A DNA stretch of 63,027 nucleotides, the filler included, from Olpidium bornovanus S191 (lineage: Eukaryota; Fungi; Olpidiomycota): assembly GCA_017911155.1 (NCBI GenBank). It is 31 parts of 31 records of this genome, joined end to end, with 100 filler letters (N's around TTAATTAATTAA, not from the genome) between each part and the next. Parts side by side here need not be neighbours in the genome. Positions count along the whole stretch, not along the records: positions 11,691 to 14,095 come from JAEFCI010010144.1; positions 14,196 to 15,303 come from JAEFCI010004424.1; positions 15,404 to 18,596 come from JAEFCI010000426.1; positions 18,697 to 19,843 come from JAEFCI010003753.1; positions 19,944 to 21,159 come from JAEFCI010009765.1; positions 21,260 to 22,434 come from JAEFCI010009457.1; positions 22,535 to 23,668 come from JAEFCI010003350.1; 24 more parts are not named here. One strand, 5' to 3'. The position numbers and the translations under genes were made by a program. Numbering within the stretch: position 1 is the stretch's first letter; every line of letters starts with the position of its first letter. The notes below the pieces were generated by a model. That model was not told the DNA's origin, did no database searches, and worked only from the letters and a program-made list of their open reading frames with translations. This document shows positions 11,692 to 22,803 of this stretch, one piece after another.

Positions 11692-12153
11692 ATGACGCGA
11701 GAGGAGCTTCTCGTTTGTCGAATCCGTCAGCTTGAATGACAGAGTGCCGGCATTGTCATTGCTTGGGGTCAATTGGAACAAGCTCAATTGAAAGCTAATG
11801 GAGACGCAAATGCTAAATGCCGGCTTCGTGCGACACCGATTTCACCCGGAGATTGGGTGTTGGTTTGGAAGTCACAGCTCGATAATCAACAAGATACACG
11901 CGCAAAATTTGATGAGTGATGGAACAGGCCGTTCGTTGTTGTGGATGTTGATGAGTCGTTCACATATCGCTTTCGAACACTCGATAATGTTGTCCTCCCA
12001 CGTCAAGTTGCCGGCAAACGTGTCAAGATCTTTCGACGCCGAGACTTGACAGTCGAAAAAATGCTTGTGGTGGCCGAACTTTCAAACAGTGAGCAGAAGT
12101 AATCGTTTCTCGATGTAATTGATTCTTACATCCTGTCGAATCAAAGGGGTGGA
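11692..12153 (+). mobile_element. Ty3/Gypsy integrase C-terminal region (pseudogenised) followed by a polypurine tract
   Basis: MTREELLVCRIRQLE*...SPGDWVLVW...KFDE*WNRPFVVVDV...TYRFRTLD...VAGKRVKIF is the fungal Gypsy integrase tail (REELL..RIRQLE, GDWVLV, RW.GPF.V, VAG.R.K.F). It has two in-frame TGA at 11737 and 11917. The PPT-like AAAGGGGTGGA is at 12143-12153. Confidence 0.88.
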
Positions 12154-13129
12154 TGTGGTGTGAACTTTGTTCAGTTTGATTTTGATTTTATCCCGTTTCA
12201 ATTTCAATTTTATTTCTTTTTGATTTCGATTGTACTTTGTTCAATTTCGATTTCATTCTGTTCGGGTTCAATTGCCTTCGATTTCGAGTCTATCTTCCTT
12301 CGATTTCGAGTCTGCCTCCTTCGAGTTCGACTCTGTGTTGACTTCGATTGTCTTCCTATTGCCTCTCGATTTCGGTTTTACGCGTCGTGATAGATTACGC
12401 TTTTGATGGCTGTACACAGATAGAACCCCGAGCTCGGACACACCAAACGTACGAAATCGAACGTAGGACCGAACGTAATAAAGCAATGAATTCGCGGTTT
12501 CGCCAAAGGAAAGTCGGGCCATCGAGTGCTCGTTTTCCGCACCTCAGCGGCGGGCGCGCAGCTGCGGCAGGCGCGGCGATTGCGGCGACGTGCAGCGGCG
12601 GGCGCGCGGCGGTGATGCGGGGGCGCAGCGGTGATGCGGGCGCGTAGCGGCGACAGCGGTTGCCCGGCGACGGCGAGGCGCGCAGCGGCGGCGGCGGTTG
12701 CGCGGATAGAGGGAGCGCAGCGGCGGAGGCGGCGGGCGCGCAGCGGGTGGCGGTTGCGCGGCGCGCGGCGGTTGCGGCGGTTGCGCGGCGGCGGTTGCGC
12801 GGCGCGCGGCGGCGGCGGCGGGCGGCGCGCGGATGGAGGGAGCGCAGCGGGCGGCGGTGGCGGCGCGGCGGCGGGCGGCGGCTGCGGCGTGCGCGCAGCG
12901 GCGACAGCGGTTGCCCGGCGACGGCGAGGCGGGCGCGCAGCGGTGGCGGCGCGGCGGCGGCGGGCGCGTAGCGGCGACAGCGGTTGCCTGGCGACGGCGA
13001 GGCGGGCGCGCAGCGGGCGGCGAGTTGCGTCAGAGTCCCGTTGGGCTGTCGTTTGGTTTTCCGCCTTTTTGTTTTGTAATTTCCGCTCCAGAGGCCGCTT
13101 CCGGGGTTTTCTCGTTGTCCTCGATTACA
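12154..13129 (+). mobile_element. Putative 3' LTR of the Gypsy element
   Basis: Starts TGTGGTG immediately after the PPT. It contains TTCGA-rich pyrimidine repeats (12160-12390) and a GC repeat block. The right boundary (ATTACA at 13129) is a guess. Confidence 0.5.
12641..13016 (+). repeat. GC-rich degenerate repeat block with three ~45-bp units
   Basis: The core AGCGGCGACAGCGGTTGCC(C/T)GGCGACGGCGAGGCG occurs at ~12641, ~12894 and ~12965, embedded in GCGGCG/GCGGTT microrepeats. Confidence 0.85.
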
Positions 13130-14222
13130 GGCCATATATGACGACAATGCCACGGCAACTGAGGTGACGGACGTCCTGCGCGAAATCCTCAATTCAACCT
13201 GGCTGCAGCGCCACTCGCCGTGCTGCTGCTGCTGACGGTCATGGACAGGATCCCTCGTCGCGGGTGGAAGCGAGAGTCGCCTACTGCCACGGCTGAGCCA
13301 TCGACTGGGAGTCGCCGAAAAAGTCGTTGAGAACGTCCTGGATTGCCTTGAACGAGTTCGAACGCAGATCCGAGGCGCTCACGGTGAGGACGAGTTTGTC
13401 AAATCGCGAACGTCTGGAACTCCTGCTCCCGCCTCGAGATCTGCAGGAAGTACACTCCCAGGCAAATGACGAAAGAAGCCCATGACTTCCAAGCGGCGGC
13501 TAGGGGTGTTTTGTTCAAAAGTCGAAGTCGACACGATGGCCGCGGTGGTAAAAGTCTCGTAGGCCAATGCCACGGTTGCCGCGTCGAATTTGCAGCCCGC
13601 GCGCTTTAGGTACGCGAGCAGAACTATGAGAATGGCCGTCATGACGACGAAGAAAAATCAAAAGAACCAGTCGGCGGATCCCCATGGGCTCTGAGCCGTC
13701 GACTGGCCCAGATGAAAAAATATCCCAGGTCCATCCTGACGGAAGTTAGTCGCGGAACCAGCAAGATTCTAGCCTATTTACGAGCTGGCCCCGTTTCGGA
13801 GGGCATCACCACCGCAGCCAGGAGTTCTAGATATGGGATTTCTGCCTTTTGGCGACTTCGTTCGCAGCTGCTAAAGGACGATTCGTCAAGTTTCGCTGAG
13901 AGCAGTAATCCTCCAGATGTAGTTTTTTCAGCCAGTCTGGCTAACGTCGCTGTTCCGCGTACCCGCTCGCCGGTGCATGTTGCGGTCTCCCGACTGCCAG
14001 AATAGTGTTCGACTGATAGATACCTTTTTGAGGTTTATATTGAGTTGAACCAGTTCTCTCTCTCGGGCGCCGAACACTACGGCCTTGCACTGCGGNNNNN
14101 NNNNNNNNNNNNNNNNNNNNNNNNNNNNNNNNNNNNNNNTTAATTAATTAANNNNNNNNNNNNNNNNNNNNNNNNNNNNNNNNNNNNNNNNNNNNAGAAT
14201 CAACCAAAAGAAAACAAAAAAG

Positions 14223-14306
<84 letters not shown>

Positions 14307-14308
14307 AG

Positions 14309-14352
<44 letters not shown>

Positions 14353-14389
14353 CGAGTCGGCCGTAAAACGCAATCAAAAAAAAAAAAAA

Positions 14390-15226
14390 ATGGGGAAGAA
14401 GACCCTCGCGCCGAAGAAGAGCAGGGCGCCGTTGCCCATGGACGCGGCGTCGGACGCGGCGGCTCCCGCCCCCCGCCCGTCGCCGCTGTCGGCGTTTGAC
14501 GAGACTGCGGACAATTTTGCCGCCGTGTCTCAGTCCGCGTGCACCCACCGGCTCAGGGTCATCGACACCGCGACGCACGCAGTGGGCGCCGAGTTCGAGT
14601 CCAAGAAAAAGATTACGTGTATTGCCTGGGGGCGACTGCCGCTACCGGATGCGCAGGTGGGCGTCCCGGCGCTTTCTCGAGCGCAACTGCTGCTGCCGCC
14701 GCGGGTGCCCGTGCGAGCAGCCCGACTTTTTGTCCTTGGCGGACGAGAACGCGCGCGAGAGCTTTTTGTGAGTTGCCGTCGCTAACACGTCCGTCACGTT
14801 TCGGTTCTTTCGCGGTTTTCCGTCCAGCACAAGGGACCTTTGAAAAAAAAGACGAAACGCTCGGACGCTCCGGCGGGCGCGTTGAGGCCGCCAGGGAGCA
14901 CGACAACAAAAGTTGTGGCATTGGGCCTGGAGGACGGCTCCGTCGCCCTCTTCTCACCCGCGCAGGGGTCCGTCCTGAAGACTCTTTCCGGTGGCCACAC
15001 CCAGTCTATCACCGACGTAATTTTCTCGGGCGATGGTCGCCGCGTTTACACCGCCGCCGAAGACTCTATCATGATCGAGTGGAACTCCGCAGACGGCAGC
15101 GTGCTCGCGAAGTGGCCGGCCGGCCACGACATTCGGAGGCTGGCGTTTTGTCACGACGAAAGTCGGCTCGCATCTGCGGGCCACTCTATCAAGATATGGA
15201 ACTTGGAGAGCAAGAGCTGCGTCAAG
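14390..15226 (+). CDS. UTP5: U3 snoRNP/SSU processome WD40 protein Utp5/WDR43, N-terminal part (exons 14390-14656, 14828-15226; 3' partial)
   Basis: AFDETADNFAAVSQSACTHRLRVIDTAT...ITCIAWG|...VALGLEDGSVALFSPAQGSVLKTLSGGHTQSITDVIF...LASAGHSIKIWNLE is colinear with the WDR43 N-terminal propeller (HLRVWET, CTCLAW, LALGT..GSI.LYS..G, GGH, LLSAG.TIKLW). Confidence 0.88.
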
Positions 15227-15403
15227 GTACGACCCCGGCTGTTGGCAGACGGGAGTTACAACGGATATGAAGGGAAAGGGGGGCGCGGCGAGGGAAGGGG
15301 AAGNNNNNNNNNNNNNNNNNNNNNNNNNNNNNNNNNNNNNNNNNNNNTTAATTAATTAANNNNNNNNNNNNNNNNNNNNNNNNNNNNNNNNNNNNNNNNN
15401 NNN

Positions 15404-17677
15404 ATCATGACGTGGCAGTACGATGATGGCGTGACCTCGGTCACAGGGTCGTTAATCTTGCGACGCTTGGCAAATAATTTCACCAAGCTAAGTAAAGGCT
15501 TCACACGAGCATCGAAATTTATGTAAGTTTGGATTAATTCGGTATTTTGGATGCCTAGTTGGAACAGTTAAGCTGTGTTGTCAGCGTCATCGGCAAGTAT
15601 TCGGGTCAATGAATGACTGTCTCAGAGAGTGCACGACGTTCTCCTACCTAATACATTGTTGACGTTAACGTCCGACGATCTGGAAATTACGAACGTCCGC
15701 AATGGTCAACAAGCCAGTTTCATGTGCAGCGGAAGCAGACTGCAAGCAATTTAGGTCACCCACATGTCTGTGTCAGGGTCCGTAAACTTCACAATCGGCA
15801 CACTACATCCACTGATGGTACCCGTAATTTGGAATGCGCCTGCAAGTAACGTTGCGATAAAATGTAACTTTGCCAGTGCATTGGGAACCTGCGTCGTAAA
15901 AGCACACATAGTCCACATTACTCACCTCGCGCCAGGGAGTTTCTGACTTCAAAAATATTTGGCTCCCTACCCCGTAGACCAGTCCCGACTGGAACCAAAC
16001 AAAGATCCACGTCGCTGTTGGACCCCAGCCACAGATCTGTGGCGGCCGACCTTTGCAATGAGGTACGTTGAGATTGTTAAACGCTCGTCCCACGCAGACA
16101 ACCACGAGTACGTAGCTTCGGCGTACGACGGCACCCTGAGTCAAAAAAAATAAGCCCAGCAACAACTGCCCATACCCGAAAATACGAGCCTGAAAATTTG
16201 GTCCAAGGCCGCGAAGAAGTGCCGCGTCAACCTTGGCCTTAAATTGCTCCAAACGGCGAAAGTCGTCAGTAGTGGGCGCCATTGACTCCACGAGCTCGTG
16301 AAGCTTCTGCGACAGCTTCCGCGACGTCTGCGAAGCTAACTCGTCGGCATGCGCGGGCGAAGGGTGGAGCTTTGGCAGCCGCCCGTGAGGTTCCCGGTCA
16401 CATACGTATCGCGGGTCGGCGGGCGCTCCAGGTACAGTTTGCGCCGGATCCACCAGCCATGAAGCAGTCGGCCGCGGAAGCGCTTCGGAGCGGTCAGACG
16501 GAACCGTTGGCGGTACAATTGGACCATACTGATGCTGCATGGCCGCCTTTGCGCGACAAGGATTTTCTTCAAGTGCCCCCTTTAGCGCGACGGATCCGGC
16601 GCTCGTCTCTTTGGAAATCGTCCAGGCCGCTGGGCCACAGCCAGACGAAATTGTTGGCGGTACGAGTGGACCATACTGATGCTGCGTGGTCGGCTTTGCG
16701 TGACAGGAAATTTCGGCAACCACCCCCTTTTCAGCGACGAATCCGACGCTCGTCCCGTTAGACATCTCCCCGCCCGCTGGGACCTTGTTCCAGCCACTGT
16801 CGGCAACGGCCACCCTCCTTTCGGCGGTTGGCTTCGCTCCGTGTCCGCCTTGCGCCTTCGCTTTTCTAGACGACGTTTCCTTAATTCTAGGAAAGCCGCT
16901 TGCTTCCCTTGTTATCTCTTTCGCTCCTACATCACTTCGCGCGCCGTGTAAGCTCCCCGCCGGCGTGTCCTTCAGAGTGACTACAGGTCCGCCTAGCGAA
17001 GCACCTGCTTTTTGATGCGCCTCCGCAAAGGCGGCTAAACCCGTGACGGCGTCGACGTTCCAAACCGCACGCGCGTCGTCCGCCGGCGCGGGCACCGGGG
17101 GTCTGCTTGCGTCGTTCTTGCTCCTCCTCTTTCCTCTCCTTCTCCGTTTAGCCGTAAACGCGGGCAGCGCCGCGTTCCCTCTAGACGCGGGCGCCTCCAA
17201 GGAGCCCGTCGGCTTGCGCAGGGCGTCGTCCTCGGCGCGCGTTTCGTCCGCGAACGCGAGGAAATCAGACACGTTTTGGTCGGCGCTCACGCCCTTCGGC
17301 GCGTTTCCCGCGGCGTTAAAACCCTCCGCGCCCGCGGTCCTGACGGGCGCGTACGCCCGCGACTGCGACTTGCACGGCGGCGGTGTCGGGAGGGCCGGCG
17401 TCCCGCCCGTCCGCTTTCTGAGACGCGCCGCGGGCCTCGGCGGAAAAGGGCAGAGCCGGGCTTCGTCCCGGTCCGGCGCGGCCGGCGGCGGTCTCGCCCG
17501 CGGCGGCGGCGGGGGGGCGGGCGGCTTCGCGTTCGTGGGGCGCTCGGCCGCCATCAGGGCGGCGGCCTTCGCGGCCGCGGAGGCGGACAGACACGCCGCG
17601 ACGGCTATCGCTCTGGCGTCGTCGGCGCCGGCTGCTGCTCTCCGCAGGAATGTCAAGGCCGCGGCCGGGGCGGCCAT
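15404..17677 (-). CDS. Cid1/TUTase-family non-canonical poly(A)/poly(U) polymerase (multi-exon, 3' partial)
   Basis: Spliced motifs: ARIFG|SAATDLWLGSNSDVDLCL (GS...SDVD catalytic signature), SVPIVKFTDP, DVNVNNVLG|IQNTELIQTY..FDARVKPLLSLVKLFAKRRKINDP...SSY. A long low-complexity N-terminus starts at ATG 17677; the track start at 17803 is GTG. Confidence 0.9.
16506..16799 (-). repeat. Two ~147-bp (49-codon) tandem repeats within the TUTase N-terminus
   Basis: GTTGGCGGTAC at 16506 and 16653, offset 147. The peptides are HAKPTTQHQYGPLVPPT and RAKAAMQHQYGPIVPPT, with similarity extending across the unit. Confidence 0.85.
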
Positions 17678-17819
17678 TCGCGGCAGCCGGCGACGGCGGA
17701 GCGGGGGTGTGTTGCGCGGGCCGTTTGCGCGCCAAAAAAGCCGCGGGGTTTGCGCGCCTGGATAACCGCCGGGTTTGTTGTGCGCGCGGAAACAAAGCCG
17801 CACGCGGCAGAGGTGATGG

Positions 17820-17857
<38 letters not shown>

Positions 17858-19066
17858 TTTTTTTTTTTTCCCCCGGCCGCCGGGGGGGGGGGGTTTCTTT
17901 TATTTACGCGCAAACGTTCTTTAGGTTGCCGTACCAACGTTGATTGGCACGCAAAAGCGTTCATTCCAAGACCGCCGGCGGCCGCCTGTAGTTGCAGGGA
18001 CCTGGTGTTTGAACCCCCAACTTACCGAAGGACCGCTGCTCCGCAGTAAAGTCTCGCGCTGGCGTTTGTGCTGTTTGGCGCAGCCGGCACGTTTGCGGCC
18101 GCGTGCGGGAGCTTAAAAGTTCAGCGCTGGCTTTTTTTTTTATGTACAACACGTGAATTGCCCGTTTCGCCCGCTGCCAGCTCAGCAGCCTCCATCCCTC
18201 CACCGCTCCCTTCCCCCCCACTCATCCCCACGCCCCCCGCCCTCCTCCCGTCCCGATTCGACGCGCTCTCCGGCTGCCACTCTTCGTGGCCCCACCCGCG
18301 CAGCCAAGGTGAACTCGGGTTGTGGAGGCGGCTGCACCGCTGCGCGTACAAGACGCTCCACAGAAACACCCGCTCTCCCGCGTGAACAAAATCTACGGCC
18401 GTCCGTGCGCTTTTGCTTTTTTTCCTTTTTTCCTCTTTTTAAAAAAAAAAGAAAGTTGGCCTTATCGGCGGACGATTTTCGAAAGCAAACCCCCCCGCTC
18501 GTATTAGGCCGGGTTCCGCCACGCGGACCGTGTCAAACGATCGGGCAGGCGCCCTGTAAACGCTGCTGGCAGTCCGAGATCCTTCTCGGTTTCATGNNNN
18601 NNNNNNNNNNNNNNNNNNNNNNNNNNNNNNNNNNNNNNNNTTAATTAATTAANNNNNNNNNNNNNNNNNNNNNNNNNNNNNNNNNNNNNNNNNNNNCCCC
18701 CCCGCCCCTCCGCACTTCTTGTCCCGCGCGGTCTTTTTTTTCTTCTCTCCCCAATTTTTTTTTGTTCCCCGTTCGGTTTTTCGCGCTCTTCTCCGCCTTC
18801 CTCCTAACCACGTTCTTTTTCGTTTTTTCTTTTCTGATTTTTTGCTTTTTGTTCTTTTCCCCCTTCCGTTTCTCCTCCCCCCCCCCCCTCTTTTCTCCCG
18901 TGCGTCTCCTGTCGTGTCGGAAAAGCAAGGCCCCGCCGCCGGGCGGGTGCGGTAGAGGGGCCGAAAGGGGACGGCCGGCCGGCGGGCGCGGCCACCGCGA
19001 GCGCGCGGAGGCGCCCCGGTCGTCGCCGTTCGTCCGCGAGCGGTGACGAAACGTTACCTCCCCCCG

Positions 19067-19102
<36 letters not shown>

Positions 19103-19511
19103 CGCGCGCTTCAGTCCCCGGCGCAGGTCGCGCGGTTACGTCGCGGGCGCGCGCGCGTCACCGTGGCCGATATCCTAAAAAGTCCGCGCGTAAAAGAAGC
19201 GGGGCGGAGGGAAAGGGGAAAGGGGGGAAAAGGGGAAAACAGACCCGGGGGGGGGGCGCGGGACGCGACCGAGAGAGAGAGAGAGAGAGAGACGGGAACT
19301 GGCAAAACGAATAAACAAGAAACAGGACTTCGCCTGGCCCCGGCGCCGGTGCGCGTAGAAACGTCAGCGGCAAAAAAAAAAATCGCCGCGCGGCGGATTT
19401 TGTTTTTATATCCTGTTTATACCCCGGAGCCGGGCGCGGCGCGCGTGGTGCCGGGGTATGTGACGTGTGCGGGCCCAGTTGCCCCGTCATCCCGGCCCCG
19501 CCGCCTCCCCC

Positions 19512-19548
<37 letters not shown>

Positions 19549-19943
19549 CCCCCCCCCCACCTCCTTCCCTCCCTCCCTTTTCTCGGCTTCGTTCGCCGCT
19601 CAGCAGCAGACGCGGCGGCACGGTCGCTTTTTGACTGTGATCCGTAAATAAAACTCGTTGGTTCGCGTGGATCCTCGGCCAGCGTGTTTATCAAAATCGG
19701 ATTTTCCTAAGTGGTCATGTGCCGGGCGGGGGCCGTTCGCTCGCCGTCGGAACCCGCCAGCATTTTTTTTTTGTTTTGGGGGGGAGGGGGAAGTGGGAGG
19801 AGAAAATCTCCCCGTTTCTACCCTGCCGCCTGGAAAAAAAAAGNNNNNNNNNNNNNNNNNNNNNNNNNNNNNNNNNNNNNNNNNNNNTTAATTAATTAAN
19901 NNNNNNNNNNNNNNNNNNNNNNNNNNNNNNNNNNNNNNNNNNN

Positions 19944-21103
19944 CATGTAAACATCAGCAGTGAGTTCAACGAGTGGCGCGACAGCTTCCCTGCACCAAGC
20001 TGTTTGAATGAGTCTCCTGGTGTTCGACGAACCTCGCGGTCCTCCTTGTTCTCACCAACCTCCTTAGTAATGGTTCTGTCCGCGTGCCGGTTATGTTCAC
20101 CGCAAATGAAGCCTTTCCCGGTCGGCCGAGCCAAGATGTAGAGCAATTGGAAAGCGCGCCGGGAATGGGCATCACGGGGCAAACCACGCAGCAGCTGCAG
20201 GCATTCAACGAGCAACAGGTCGCTTTGGGTGTGATGGCAGACGAACCGGCTTTCACTGACGAGGTGGAACGGATGCTGAAGGAACAGGACGCCAAATCCG
20301 CTTCCACGCCGGTCGGTTCGGATGGCGCGCCTGTGAGTTCCCGATACCGATCATATCGTAACCCGAGATAGTACACCCTGGTTGGGTGCTCGGTGAGGGT
20401 CTACGTCTGCCGGGCCGCTGACACCGGTTGCTCTTTTGAAACGACCCCCTCAGGAGATCACTCATCTTGCCGAAGACTACAAAAAGTTGCGAAAAGATCG
20501 GCAGAGCATTCCCGGGCCGACACGAGAAGATATACCCTTGCCTCCGCCGTAAGGAGTCGCAGGACGACCGGGAATTCCTCACCCCCCTCTCCCACACTTT
20601 TTTTTTGCGTTTCTCCCCCGCCTGTTTCTTTCTCTGTTCGGTGCTGTTTCCGCCTGTCGTCCACGGTTGTCGTCTCTTTGACGGCAAACGGTTGACAAAG
20701 GGAGGGGGGGTCCCTATTCCGTATGCGCGCCAGAAAAGGAGCCGACCTGCGGGCCGAGATCGAGTCGATCCGCTCGCTGCGGAAGGTGCTCGCCTTGGGA
20801 GTGTCAACCCTTCCGTCGGTATGTTGCTACACGTTTCATAATACTCACGAGGCGTAAGTTCCCGAAGGCCAGCGTCATTTTCTCGGCTCGAACTTCGTTC
20901 CCGAAATTGGAGTTTTCCGCTGTCCCTGACTGCGCACGCCAAAAAATTATTATTTTCCAGCATGAATTGCGTGGCTATTTCGGAGGACGCCACGCTTGTG
21001 GCGGGGGGGTTCTCGGAGAGCGTGATCAAGCTGTGGAGCATGAAGCCGGGCGCCAAGCTTCGGAGTTTGCGGAGCGATTTCGACCCTGCCACCATAAGCA
21101 GCC
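19944..21103 (+). CDS. TAF5: TFIID/SAGA subunit Taf5, internal fragment
   Basis: Exons HVNIS|...FNEQQVALGVMADEP..DEVERMLKEQD|...PGPTREDIPLPP|...ALGVSTLPSVCCYTFHNTHEA|MNCVAISEDATLVAGGFSESVIKLWSM. The LPS.C.YTFHNT and NC...S.D..LVAGGF.ES.IK.W motifs are Taf5 hallmarks. Confidence 0.95.
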
Positions 21104-21694
21104 GTGAGTTTTTTTTTTCTTTCGATCGGGCCGGCGTCACGCGCGGCACGAGCGCGTGCNNNNNNNNNNNNNNNNNNNNNNNNNNNNNNNNNNNNNNNNN
21201 NNNTTAATTAATTAANNNNNNNNNNNNNNNNNNNNNNNNNNNNNNNNNNNNNNNNNNNNAGTTCCGTTGGCTGAACGAGCAGCTGTACACGACGACCGGA
21301 GCTGAAGCGTTTGAGCTGTTTTCCAAAACACCGGAGCTTTTCGATGTCGTAAGTTCTTGCCCTGTAACGGCTTGGGCATGACAACGCCCACTCGGGCTAT
21401 TTGTTGCTTTTTTGTTTCGATGGCGCGCGGGGGAAGAAGAAGAAGAGGGGTGGGAAAAAGAAAAAATAAATTTCCCGCCGGTATGTCCCTCCCCTTCCTT
21501 TGCCCTCCCCTGCCGCCCCGGTTCACGTTTTTTTTTTTTCTTTCGAGACTGATTTTCCTTTTTTTTTTTTCTCTCTCTCCCTCTTTCTCTTCCTCTTTCT
21601 TGACAGCGAAGATCTCTCCGTTATACCCACTTGTCCCCCTCCACCCAACCTCTTCCTCCCGCACACTTTCACCTTTTTCTTTTTTTTATTTCTC

Positions 21695-22267
21695 ATGCCC
21701 GCATCGGCCTTGGCCGCCTCGCCCAAGACGGGCGCCTCGCCCACGATGATGCCGTCTCCGCCTCCGGCGCAGCCGCAACCGCCTCCGCCGCCTCAGCAGC
21801 GGCCGCAGCCGCAGCATGCGGAGAAGTCGCCCCGCGTTCGCGAATGGGCCGACCTGGACCTGCTCGCCCACGTCGCGACGATCCAGGTTTGCCTCGACGC
21901 GGGCCCGAGGCCGGCTCCCGGGCTGGACGGGCGGGCGGACGCGGCGGGCGCCGGGGCGGGCGCCGGGGCGGGGACGCAGGCGCTGCCTGACGACGGCGCC
22001 GGCCGGGAACGCGGGGCGGTCCCGATGGAGGGCGAGACGTTGGGCGACGCCGGGCGCGGCGCATCCGCCGCCGCCGCCGCCGCAGCCGCCGCCGCCGCCG
22101 CCCGGAGGCCGCCGAATGCCGAGGGAGGAAGAGCCGGCGCGCGGGCCCGCGCCGTCCAGGCCGCCGGCGTCGGCGTCGCCGCCGCCGCGATTGCCGCATC
22201 GCCGTCGGGCGACCCGGTCGGCGCCGAGTGGGCCCGCCGAGCCGAACAACGTGCCCAGAATTCCAAG
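21695..22267 (+). CDS. First exon of an unidentified Pro/Gln/Ala-rich protein with an LDLLAHVA motif (possible transcription regulator)
   Basis: ATG ORF of 191 codons ending at AAG|gtgggt, a phase-0 donor. Low complexity except WADLDLLAHVAT. Confidence 0.5.
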
Positions 22268-22279
22268 GTGGGTTGGAAA

Positions 22280-22312
<33 letters not shown>

Positions 22313-22803
22313 CCCCCCCCCCGCCGCCCCCACTTCCCCCGGCTCCGTTCCATCAAACCGCTCCCTGTCTCCCCATTTCTTTCCAATCGGCAGCATGTCC
22401 GGGAATAAAACGCCTCGATTTTCCCCAGGTCGAANNNNNNNNNNNNNNNNNNNNNNNNNNNNNNNNNNNNNNNNNNNNTTAATTAATTAANNNNNNNNNN
22501 NNNNNNNNNNNNNNNNNNNNNNNNNNNNNNNNNNATCCTTCCCCCGCCCCGCCCCCCCCCCCCCCCCCGCCCCCCCCTCGCCCTCCCTCTTGTTGCCCCC
22601 TCTCCTTTTTTCCCCTTTGTTCCCGCCCCGCCCCTCCCCCCCCCCCCCCCCCCCCCCCGTCCCCGCAAAAAAAGAAAAAAAAAACGACAAGACACCCCCG
22701 CAGCGGCCCGAGGACCCTCCGCAGCCACCGCTTCCTTACCCACGCCCCGCCAGCCGAAACCCCTTCAGGCGAACCGCGACACGCGAAAATCCCTTCCGCC
22801 GCA

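Noticed and set aside
13130-14095. Several 80-100 aa ORFs downstream of the Gypsy LTR
   Set aside because: No recognisable motifs or consistent splice pattern; left unannotated.
14218-14342. Very long poly-A tracts upstream of UTP5 (possible retrocopy tail)
   Set aside because: At a contig edge with no associated element or TSD; likely homopolymer inflation.
22755-22800. GAA/TTC triplets upstream of HSP70 as heat-shock elements
   Set aside because: Spacing (4-5 nt) does not fit the nGAAnnTTCn pattern.
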